From NCBI GenBank assembly GCA_030141605.1, contig JAQGDQ010000702.1, positions 1 through 64,000 of the forward strand: a stretch of DNA of 64,000 bases, read 5' to 3'. The notes under the pieces are model-generated. The model made no database searches and was not told where the DNA came from. It worked only from the letters and a program-made list of their open reading frames with translations. This document shows, in pieces, positions 12,297 through 23,217 of the stretch (the first letter of the stretch is position 1; the number at the start of each line of letters is the position of its first letter). The translations under genes and the position numbers were made by a program. Source of the stretch: Tubiluchus corallicola. Taxonomy: Eukaryota; Animalia; Priapulida.

Positions 12297-14691
12297 CTAC
12301 ACATACAACAAAATCTAACAACAACTAGACATTCAGGACAAGACGCTATTAACAAACATTTACTACAATTTACCACGAACATCAAACGATTCACCCAACA
12401 AGACAGATTTAAGCTTACTCAACAACTGTTGAACATAACTATTAATTAACAGCGTTCAGTAATAAAGAATTTTTAATCCACGTTTTGAAAGGCCAAAATC
12501 CAAAACTAACTGTGGCTTAGTTGCTGTAATCATCTTTTTCTTCGAGGAAGTGTAGTAAAGCAATAAGTTGCAGTGCAGCAGTTGCATCTGAATTTTTGTT
12601 AATTACAACCGCACATAGTTGTTGTCATAACCCCCCCCCCCCCCTTATGCGTGTCAGCTTATTTTGTAGCTGCCGCCATGTTTTCTGCTCACTCTCTTAC
12701 TTGCCTTCTGTTTCAGGCGCTCTGTTTAATCTTGCTGTTGCAGTTGCGCTGCAAGTCATAATCTTGTAATAAATTTCACAATATACATCCCACGTTTCTA
12801 CAAGATAGCTTGAAATCCAGATATAGCTTTAAGACTACTTAGGGTGAATCAACTAGAAGACCAAAATCCCTTGGTTTGTCGTAACAGTAAGTTCGAAGAT
12901 TTCGTTGCTTGATCTTTGTTAGTTTTTGATGATGGGAATACTGCATGCAGGACGAGGAATTTACCAAATCGGTTGATACGTGAAAACTTCAATGAATTTG
13001 TGTAAATTCTTCTAATTTTCTTCTGAAAATTTGGAAATAACTCATTTTCCATTGATCACAAAAGCAAAACGTTTCAATGAATCAGTGCTGTTTGATTAAA
13101 GTGTAGAAGCAGTAATGTTGTGTAAAGTGTTGCAGTTGATTACCAACAGAACCACCACCTACAGCAAGAAATCATTAAACAACTTTGTTAAAACTATGCG
13201 CTTAAAATGTTTATTGTAAAAACAACAACAACAACGACAACAAAAATGCAAAAAATGTCAAACTTAACAGATTAATATTTGCCAAATAATTATTATAACA
13301 ATTTTCTATCAGGCTTTCAGGTCCTTTTAGAAGAGAGAGAATTTTGTAAGATGTCTGGGCCCGTGTGAGAGTACCTTCAATGGTAATTAAGATGGAACCA
13401 GGTTACACAACATAGTGCATAATGTCATGTACTCAAAGGAATGCAGTTGTCAGCTTTGATGGTTTGTAACAGAAGTTTGAAAAACTAAACGTAAGATAAT
13501 ACAGAACACAATTAATTCTAAATCTAGTAACAAAAAGTAACAAAAAGACGATAAGAAACAATGACGAGTGCACACTGACTTGATACAGCACATCTACAAA
13601 TACAATGCAAAAACACTTCCATAAAACAATGTTCTTAAAGGCAACATTACGGAACAAACATACGCACTAGCACAACCAGCAAATAGTGCTTATAAAAGGC
13701 ATGACGTTGAGACAAACAAAAAAAACACCCCTAACAAACACAGACAAATTGTTTACGAATATATAAAAGCACAAATGACGTTATACAAAATACTTACAGG
13801 AATGACAATGTTGCAAGCTAGCACAAAAAGGATTAAGTGACAGTGGAATTAAAGTACAGATTTCTTATTTAAAAACCTCGTATTTACATATAGTATAAAT
13901 CGCAACCGTGCTGTTACGGGAATCTATATAGGGAGATCACAGATACGCTATTTAACACAATCTTACAATACAAACACTATAGTACAATACGTTACAATAC
14001 AATATAAACAGTCTACACACACGCGCGCGAACTCGTACAAACACAAAAACGTATATCGTAATAGAAAACTATATACAAAACTAATACAGCTACGAACAAC
14101 TAAACTACGTTCAAACTTTGGTAGACTCTTACAAAATATTTGCAGCTTGCAGTGACAAAACGTAATACAAATTACACGTGTACTTGTACAACACTACATA
14201 TGATATACTAACAGGAATACACAGTTCACAAGCACAAGAGACAGTTTTCACAGTTCGACTACCAAACATTGTTGACAGAGTAAAAACACATTAGTACACG
14301 TTTTTACAAATGACAGAAGTACTTACATTAATTAACACGCGACAACGTCAAATTACCAACAACAAACTACTTTATGTAGCAAGTACATAAAATTCAACAC
14401 TAAACATTTAAATATCGTACAACTTTTCACAAAGAACAACATGAGAACAACGTACAGACAACATACACAGAGCATACAAATAACATACAGGCAGCGTACA
14501 AAAAATACATACAAATATTTGCGTGATGGCAAGCCAATTTGTATTTGGATAACAAAACAAAACAAAACAAATTACAACACTAAAACTAATCACCCAGGAA
14601 ATGCCCACGGCTGGCATAATACAAACACCTTATTATGATTTTGGTGCCAATAATTAGACCAGGAGGTTCATTAGGAGTTGAAAGAGATTGT

Positions 14692-15132
14692 TTATTTTCC
14701 ATATCCACCACCGCCACCGCCACCGCCGAAACCACCATATCCACCGCCGTAGCCACCGTATCCAATTCCTCCATCGCCATAGTAAGCTCCGCCGGTTTGC
14801 TGCTTGCCGTGGTATTGTTTCCTTGCTTGTGCCAAGTCGCCATAGTTTGTATTATAAGCTCTGTCACGATGGATATCACCATAAGCATTGTTGGCGTATC
14901 CGTTGGACAATCCGTAACCATTGTTGTATTGCTGGAATCGGTTATCCAAAATATTGGCATTGTCACGATTGTAGTACGCATTGTTTTGACCGAAGTCTTC
15001 CTTGAATCCAGTGTTAAATGATTTCACGTATCCACGGGGCTGATACGCTTGGGCGTAGGAGTAGCCATTTAAAAGATGTCCAGCTCCTCCTCCACTGATT
15101 CCGCCAAACGCAGCACTGAATACTTTCGTTAC
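14692..15132 (-). CDS. Terminal coding exon C: conserved domain plus short poly-Gly tail ending GGYGK
   Basis: Acceptor tctgttattatag|GTA ACG AAA GTA TTC AGT (VTKVFSAAFGGISGGGAGHLLNGYSYAQAYQPRG), phase 0; the in-frame TAG of the acceptor means an intron is obligatory; domain nearly identical to exon B. Confidence 0.9.
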   Translation of the reverse strand, partial: VTKVFSAAFGGISGGGAGHLLNGYSYAQAYQPRGYVKSFNTGFKEDFGQNNAYYNRDNANILDNRFQQYNNGYGLSNGYANNAYGDIHRDRAYNTNYGDLAQARKQYHGKQQTGGAYYGDGGIGYGGYGGGYGGFGGGGGGGGYGK

Positions 15133-16456
15133 CTATAATAACAGACGTAGAGACAATGACGACAAACAGACACGTGAAATGTCACGAAAAACACAAAACA
15201 GAAGTTGACACAAAAAACAATGTTAATCACCAAGAAAAAATGAAAATTCAGTATAAGAATTACAGAATCTTTCACACGAAAACAGTGATTTTATACAAGT
15301 CAGTAACAGTGAACGCAATGCAATTACACCAGTTAGAAACACATTTGAAGTATAGAAGCCAATAAGTGATTAGATATTCTGTTGAATTTCTCCAAAGTAC
15401 ACTGCCCTTGGTTCTTTCCTATGCGTTTCCATTTTATATTTCCCAGAAAATGTTTCTGTCGCGTAACTTCAATCAACCATGCAATTTCATGTGGTGTTTG
15501 TATGTCACTTATTTTGCTTAATAGTTTGATAACCTTTGCTTAAATGCCATGGCACTGTTTGGTATTTTTATCGGTTTCGCGTTTTTGCATGTTTTTTGGG
15601 AAGGTAACTTTCAGGGAAATAACGCTTCCATCCTGCCTTATCTCGCGTCTAGCCTTGATGATCCCCCATTAAAGATGTGTGGACAGTTTTGAAACTATTG
15701 GTTGCCATAAGCAGACATGCTTACAGCATAGCAATTTATTTTACAGTATTAACAAGCAGAATTTTTGTGTCGATGTATATTGTCAATGCAACACATACTT
15801 ATTCAACGCATTATTGCATCTGTTGTTTTTATTAGAACTACCATAGTTTGAACTGCCTCGCAGCGTACAACCGTGAGAGGTGCTGCTCTTTAGGGTAAGT
15901 CTGGTACGACCATTCGCTTTCCAAACAGACAAAGACACAACACGTATTATAGACATCAACTCATAACAGATACTATACCAGGCACAAAAGTGAAAAAAAT
16001 GCAACAAGAGTAGTGTAGATGAGTCTACAAAGGACACAGCACGTAGGAAAGACGAACGACATGCATTAGCAACACACGTATTACTAGAAATTTCTTTACG
16101 ATTTAGCCAAGATCTTTTGTGATATCGTCAGAACTTTCCATGTCAAGACTGCAACGTCTCATTGTATCCCATCTGGAAATGAACTTGGTGATCTAATGAG
16201 GATGCATTTTCCATGTGAAAATTTTACGCCAAGCTCTAGCGTTATACTGAGCAAAGACCTCATAAAATCCTCCTATTGTATGACGTATTAGCTGTCATGG
16301 TACAAAAACGTAAAAATTCACAATAAACAGGTTCGTTACGATGATTATGCACAAAGTAAATTTAAAAATGATAGACTTTACAGTTGGACATTTCGACATT
16401 TCGACTGTTTAAAAGAAAACAGGATGATTTTCGTATTCTAGTCTATTATGAAGTAC

Positions 16457-16928
16457 AGCCTAGCCACTGGGGGGGGGGGGGCAAGCCAGCCCAACTCAGT
16501 GCCGGTCCCAAGCCCGGATAAATAGGGAGGGTTAGGGTCAGGAAGGGCATCCGCCTGTAACAACTGCGCCAAAACCTTCTATGAATGAGTCGCTTAAATG
16601 TAAAGGTCAGATCCGCTCTAATCTATGGGCTGGAAGCAGCTTCTCTAAAGAAGACCGAAGAGAAGAAAATGGGTGTGGTGGAGATGAGGATGTTGAGATG
16701 AATGGTGGGTATAACAAGAAGAGATAAAATTAGAAATAATAATATCAGAGGAACAGTAAAAGTAGTGGAAGCCTCGCAAGATTGCGATGGTATGGCCACC
16801 TGAAAAGAAGAGTCGGTGAAGATCTTGTGGGAAGGGAAGACATAAATGAAGAGATGGTCAACAACAGGAATGCGTGGAGAAGACTCATTCAAAACGAATA
16901 GGGAAAAGCTGGGAAGAAGAAGAAGAAG
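16457..16928 (+). mobile_element. Internally deleted non-autonomous RTE-clade retroelement with target-site duplication
   Basis: TSD AGTCTATTAT(G/T)AAGTAC at 16440-16456 and 16929-16945; RTE-like 5' part (GGTCCCAAGCCCGGATAAA...GGAAGGGCATCC), ORF remnant YGLEAASLKKTEEKKMGVVEMRMLR*MVGITRRDKIRN, (GAA)n tail. Confidence 0.85.
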
Positions 16929-17410
16929 AGTCTATTATTAAGTACGATAAATGCATTTACATCTAGCATACATCTTAACACCTATAATAATGCCAAGTTA
17001 AAACATTATTAGTAATCGTCATCAGTATCTATCTAACGAGGAAATAGCAAAATGCATGTAATAAGGAAGAATTCGAAAGAAGGTCTTATAATCAGGAAGG
17101 TTTCTGTAGTTTTAATTCTTTTACGTAAGTCATTCATGAAAAAATATATATTTCCTCTCAGAGTTTTATAAGTTAAATTGTTTTGAGCAATATTTAAGAC
17201 TAGCCTGGGTTTTCCTTTGAAACAATGTGCCTAATGACGACCAATACGCATGATTTATGGATAAGTTGGATGCTTCAGATGAAATCGGCAACAATGGCAT
17301 AACGGAGGACCGTTACTCTGTTAGGAACCGATTACGAAATCAGAAGAATAAAAAACAAAGCATTTTCATGATTCTTGTTATCGTTTTTTTTTGTTACCAG
17401 TTTCATTTAA

Positions 17411-17872
17411 CCCTTTCATACCCGTTGTATCCCGTGGGATACGAGAACTTTTTCTGCATTTAAAATTAATAACATTCTAAAACTGACAGTTATTTGATCA
17501 GTTAATAGTTATTTTGATTTAAGCCAATAACAATAGACTTAAAACGGTGATAAAATGGCAAACTAGAAAATCTACATAGCATAAAAAACTGTGCAAGGTA
17601 CAGTAGTCTAGAGACGACTTTGTACAGATCAGCATAGCATGCTTACTAAATGTCTTAAATACTTTAAAAAATTATCAGCAGTTGCAATATGAAGCACATT
17701 TTATGCTTCCATTGAATCCCAATGTATCCCGTGGGATGCAGGATATATTTACCACACGGGCACAGGTAGAAAAAAATAATTATTATGTGTAAACAAGATG
17801 GACATACTGAACAAAAGTACCAAGCCAAAAAAGCGTTTTTCTTATTAAAAAAATAATTTGGGACTGAAAGGG
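17411..17872. mobile_element. piggyBac-type MITE
   Basis: TTAA|CCCTTTCA...TGAAAGGG|TTAA termini; related copy in opposite orientation at 50856-51149. Confidence 0.8.
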
Positions 17873-20097
17873 TTAACTACATGGCCACTAAGAAGTGCAA
17901 ATTTTCTTAATGTAATTCGAGAATATGGTTACTGATATCTTGTTTATGCTGAAGTCTAATTCTGTCTGAGGATGGTTTTAGTTTTCGGCTACAATTTCCT
18001 CAACGTTACCGCACAGTTTGCTGTAAGAAATGTGCCACTCGAGTAATAAAATTTTAATTCGTGAAAACTGTCGTCACGTTAAGATGATAATAATAATTTG
18101 AAAGTACAACTCCTGTAAATAATGTGGCAAAATTAAGTAAATCCATCCTGTAAATTTTGGGAAATTGAGAGGTGAAGGCTGGAAAGTTTTACTCTCAGGT
18201 TTGTAAACTCAACACATTTAAACTGTAAACCAATCTGTGATTCCCTTTCTGCCCCACGTTGCACGAACATTCTCGATTTCCAACACAGATTTTCAGTTTA
18301 AATACAATGAGCTGTAGCAATTCGCATAGTGAAAGTTTCCAGGCCTCATCATCCTCAGATAGATTTTTCCAGATAATTTAGGCTTCCAAACTTATTGTAA
18401 CTTATAACATGAGATTTCTCATGACTAGCATACATGAACTAGTCGACTGCAGGTGTTGGCGATTCGTAAAAAGGAGCTTATGTTTCTTAAATGATAATTT
18501 TAGTTTTTTGTGTGGAAAATAGACATCATTCAACAGATCATTGACCAACAACAGTAACAGTTTATTCAACGTTTAGATTAACAACAGATTATATGGCTCA
18601 TTAGTTGTGACATTAATGAATCAATAAATGTTTGGGCTATATTTTGAGGGTGCTACAGGGTGCTACAGGTGCTACAGGTGCCACCTAAACGTGATGAAAC
18701 TATAAGTGACCTTAATAACAGCAGTAATTGGTGAGGTTTGAAATTACAGTAGGTAGATCATAGATATGAGACACCTGTACAACAGCAAGGACGATTACAA
18801 AAAAACACTAATTACAGTATTTACATATATACAACACTTGCTACTTAAATTACGCTAATAGCGTGATAGATTTTGATACATGCTAAAACTTACTGAAACT
18901 TGTCTTAATTGTATTAACGTAGTAAATGATTCGTTTGATCTGCTTAAGTAATGTTTTGCTGATAATATACAAAAACAAAGCTTTAACCATCTATTGCCTT
19001 GGCTGCAGTTAACACAAAACAGGAAACAGGACACACGCTTTTTACAAAAAACAATTTACAATTTGGCACAACGTAAACAACACAAACACATAATAAAACC
19101 TGAAAATTCACATAAGGTAAAATAACAAAACAAACGCAGGTATTACACAACAAGAACAATGAACAATACAACTCAAAACGCGACAATACACGCACGATCA
19201 TTAATGACATAACATTAATACTGTTAACAACACTTGACATACAAAACACATATCACAAATACATAGTACGAACATAAAAACATGTTGAACAACTAATAAT
19301 TGCACAAACTTAAACGAGATCACAGTGCGCTGTTATGCGAAAATTATCAAAAATCAGTATAAATTAAGCAGGTGCTGTCATCTGTTGGTGGAAAGCTATA
19401 CTAAATAAACGACTTGTCAGAAATATGTTACGCTAAGATAAAATTAAAAGCAATTTAGGCCGCATAATTTCAGTTGCACAAAGATAGTGAGTAGTAGCTA
19501 ATCTGAAGGAAATGAAAATATGTCTATATACTTGTCGTTAAACTATCCCTAATTACACTTCTAGTTTTTCAATATGAAAAATGTTAAAAATGGCCTGATA
19601 ATATATATTGGCTACTCCCTAAATGTTTTCTTTACGAAAATATCACAGCTGGGTAAAATGAGGTAGTTTATTAACTTTGGTTTCCTCGCGTTAATATTAG
19701 GGTGCGTAGTAGATTAACATTCCTCAAGTATTTGTCTCTTTATACCTGTTTTGTGACTCTTTGGCTTAGAATTTTGAGCTAACATCTGACTTAATTTATT
19801 TCTTCCGTCATTCTTTGGCAAATCGACATTAAAAACTAACACGTGCGACGTAACACTGTATACTAAGTACAAACACAGATAGTACATGTAACGTATATGG
19901 AAACAAAACGTAAGTCATACGTAAGCACTAACATAATGCCTGTTGTACAGAATGCCCTAAGGAGGAGCTGCATTGTGTATGGAAATGCGTCATAATTGTT
20001 TTCGTAACGTGCCCAAGATGGCTTGAAATAAGTTAAAATGGTGGTGACGTGATGCTAACAATAAACATGGAGACGCAATTTTTATAGCGTTGCTGCT

Positions 20098-20583
20098 TTA
20101 GCGTCCGTATCCACCTCCATGTCCGCCACCCCCATAACCTCCTCCTACATGTCCGCCACCCCCATAACCTCCTCCTCCATGACCGCCGCCATAACCTCCT
20201 CCTCCGTAACCTCCAGCGGCCACGGGTCCTGGTCCCACACCGCCGTACAGGCCTCCATAGTAGATGCCATGCTTCCCATGTCTAGCTTGATAGTGTCCTA
20301 AATGCTTGGCTTGATCTCCATAATTCTTATTGTAGGCAAGGTCTCGGTGCAGTTTGCCCTCGTTGTTGTACTTGTGGCCGTAGCCGACTCCGTAACCGTT
20401 GTTGAGGTAGTTGTTGACGTTGTAGGCGTTCAGGGCGTTGTCACGGTTGTAGTAGGCGTTGTTCTGCCCGAAATCTTCGTGAAAGCCCGTGTTGAAGCTC
20501 TTGACGTAGCCACGAGGTTGATAAGCGTGAGAATACTTGAAACCACCAATGCCAAAAGCTTGCGACGAGATAGCTCGATGCAC
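20098..20583 (-). CDS. Terminal coding exon D: conserved domain plus Gly/Tyr/His-rich tail (GGGYGGGGH repeats) ending GGYGR
   Basis: Acceptor ttgctgtttag|GTG CAT CGA GCT (VHRAISSQAFG), phase 0, consensus branch point CACTAAC ~30 nt upstream; joins the 22540-22587 leader to give a 177-aa precursor MQPITLVTTTVVILASVHRAISS-QAFG...; AATAAA (minus) at 19795-19800. Confidence 0.92.
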   Translation of the reverse strand: MHRAISSQAFGIGGFKYSHAYQPRGYVKSFNTGFHEDFGQNNAYYNRDNALNAYNVNNYLNNGYGVGYGHKYNNEGKLHRDLAYNKNYGDQAKHLGHYQARHGKHGIYYGGLYGGVGPGPVAAGGYGGGGYGGGHGGGGYGGGGHVGGGYGGGGHGGGYGR

Positions 20584-22539
20584 CTAAACAGCAAGCAAAG
20601 CAAAGCAAGCAAATGTTAGTGTAAGCAAGCAAGCAAACAAGTAAGCAAGCAAAATATTTACAGCAACTTATAAGGAAGCAAGAAAGCAAAAAATTTAGAA
20701 AAAATGTAAAGTAAGGTTTGATTACAAGCAAATCAGCGTTAAACCAAAAGCATTGTTCACTAAGAAACAATAACAGTATTAAGCAATGCAAGCAATAAGT
20801 AAAATTTATGCTAATTTCTAAGCCCACTGTACTTTCTAAGTACAAGTGTATTAAAATTCAGTTAGTTCTGTAGGTTAACTCAGCAAAAAGGCAAAAAACA
20901 AGTACTAAATTGACGTACTATGAGAGTTTTGCTAAATGAAAGTTGAAGTCAAATGGGCCTAGAACACACTCTTGTTGAACTTTGTACGAAATAACTTATT
21001 CAAAACAAACAAAATTTTTAATCAGTTATGCGAAACAAAGTGCTAAGCATGGAGCGAGGTAAGCAAAGCGAATTTTATGCCAAAACACTGAGAATTAGCT
21101 CTAGGAAAGCTTGTTTTTACACAGCAAAGCATAAAAAGCAGCAATCATACGAGCAAAATATAGGCACCGTGGTCGCAACTTATCCGTGTAGTAAATCATC
21201 AGGATCAATGCGATGACAACAGTTTTGGTAATTGTAGTGGGTTTTTTGCCTTTATTTAACAAAATTAACCGAGCTTTTCGATGACTTCTCTCGAGAAGGT
21301 CTTGCGTACATCCTTGTCACGTTTTTAAGAATAATTTCGAAAATTTTCGCTGATTTTCTCGAGCGATTTGCTATAAACTGTTGTAAAATCTGCCCTGTTT
21401 TTATTGTACAATGACTCACAGTCCATTGCCAACTTGAGACACACAACTTACTCAGTACCTGACAGTTTACTCATTATACTTCATGCGAGTGTTTCGCAGA
21501 GGACTCATTATAATCTGGCATTTACACCAATACTAGGAGTATGAATTGACAAAAAAGAGAACGAAGTAGTCATTAGCTCTAAATTAACTTTTAATGTAAT
21601 TTAATGTTTGCAAATACATATAGCTCAATTTCTTCTTTCTATGATTAAACAGTTTGTTTATTTTTGCTGTTGTTGTTATTATTATTATGTCCTCTTTGTC
21701 ATTCGGGCGTAAATAAAATTTCTATACTTGAAAACGTACACGAGTAAGTAACTAATCATTATTTTACTTGCAGGTCAGTTATATTCTTGTCAATGGTCTG
21801 TTTTTGCTGTACCTGGCCTTGTAATTGTGACTATAATTTTGCAGCCTACATTGACTTTTTGTTCTCACAATACCATAAAATAATTTTAAACCATAAATTG
21901 TTTTCTAGAAAAAAACATAGTACAGCGTTGACATATATGAGTTTAAAATTAAGTTCAAACTTTTATCAACGCCATTTTGTATTTAAGGCATTGTCATGTA
22001 CAATCACTTTGGCTTTTAGGCATTGTCATGTACTATCGCTTTGGCTTTTGTTCCTAATATCCTAGTTACTCAGAATAAAGAAAGAACAATTCCTAACTTT
22101 ATTGTTAAATGCAAATCTTAAGACTCATTATGAAGGTAGTAAAGCGTTGTTTTATAAAGTTTGGGTAAACAGTATGAACCCGATTCTGGCTGGTCGAGTT
22201 TAGACGGGTACATGTCGGACTGGGTTGGGTAGAGCATAGGTCTTAACGCGCAGGTCTCTACTGCACAACTGAACTGTGAAATCATCGGTTCCAATTTAAC
22301 GTCGTACAATAAATACATGATTGACTGAACCATCGACTCGGATAGAAGGCATATAGGTGCTAAATCGTCTGTTATGCTAATTGATAATCGCTCTCACAGT
22401 GAGAAATGGTGACGATTATGACACGGTAACTGAACTTATTATGTCCCTGAATGAAGTGTTGCATCAAATCCGATTAATTCATTATCTTACAATTAAAATT
22501 CTATGCAATTAACATGATTAATCACAAAAATCAACTTAC

Positions 22540-22587
22540 CGAAGCCAAAATGACAACGGTCGTCGTCACTAACGTGATTGGCTGCAT
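22540..22587 (-). CDS. Leader exon encoding the first 16 aa of a signal peptide (MQPITLVTTTVVILAS); exon spans 22540-22593
   Basis: tttacag|GCAACA ATG CAG CCA ATC ACG TTA GTG ACG ACG ACC GTT GTC ATT TTG GCT TCG|gtaagt: canonical acceptor, ACAATG start context, perfect phase-0 donor; too short to appear in the ORF track. Confidence 0.85.
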
Positions 22588-23217
22588 TGTTGCCTGTAAA
22601 TTAAAAAGATAATTATTAATCATTAGGAACTAATTTTTTCCTGCATCAGATTCTACACAAAATGCAGCTGCGGAACTCTTTGCAGAATGCAGAGGCTAAT
22701 TGTCAATCTATTCAAAAATGATTTGATCAGAATTTGCTGCAAAACTTTTGTAAAGCTTTGTAAACTCCTGAAGCTTTATAACAAAGTACATTGAAAGAGC
22801 ATTTTATAGATTTGAAAAAAAAGCTAAGCTAAGATTCCTACTAACTTTGGCATAGGAGTCTTTCTATAACTGATGCATTTTCTGCGACTTTATTTCAGAA
22901 CAGTGAATAATTATAACAAATATCCAATTTTTTACTTTCACTTTTTAGGGCAACGAAATCACTATTTCACACAGGTGGTCAGTCACCTGGGTGACCTCGA
23001 TTCGCTCCATTTACCTGCCCTAGACTACGTGCTTAGAAAGCAAATAGTGTGAATCCACATTCTGTGTTGTTACACCTGTAATTTTAAACTTTTTTTATGA
23101 CAGGTAATTAACTTAACATGATGGTTTAAACATAATTTATTATAGGATTGGATCAGACAGTTTGAACAACATGATTTAGGATCCTCACCACAACAGACTT
23201 TATACACTATTTACAAG

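Noticed and set aside
13798-13848. Hydrophobic phase-0 segment FHCHLILFVLACNIVIP|gtaagt as a private leader for exon B
   Set aside because: Preceded by in-frame TAA with no ATG or acceptor; could be a relic but is not supportable as functional
15403-16062. Private promoter/leader for exon C: TATAAAA at 15438 and MSFVFPTCCVLCRLIYTTLVAFFSLLCL|gtatag at 16062-15979
   Set aside because: TATA has no well-spaced Inr and no ATG leader after it; the hydrophobic ORF lies upstream of that TATA and has a weak donor. Not excluded, but unsupported
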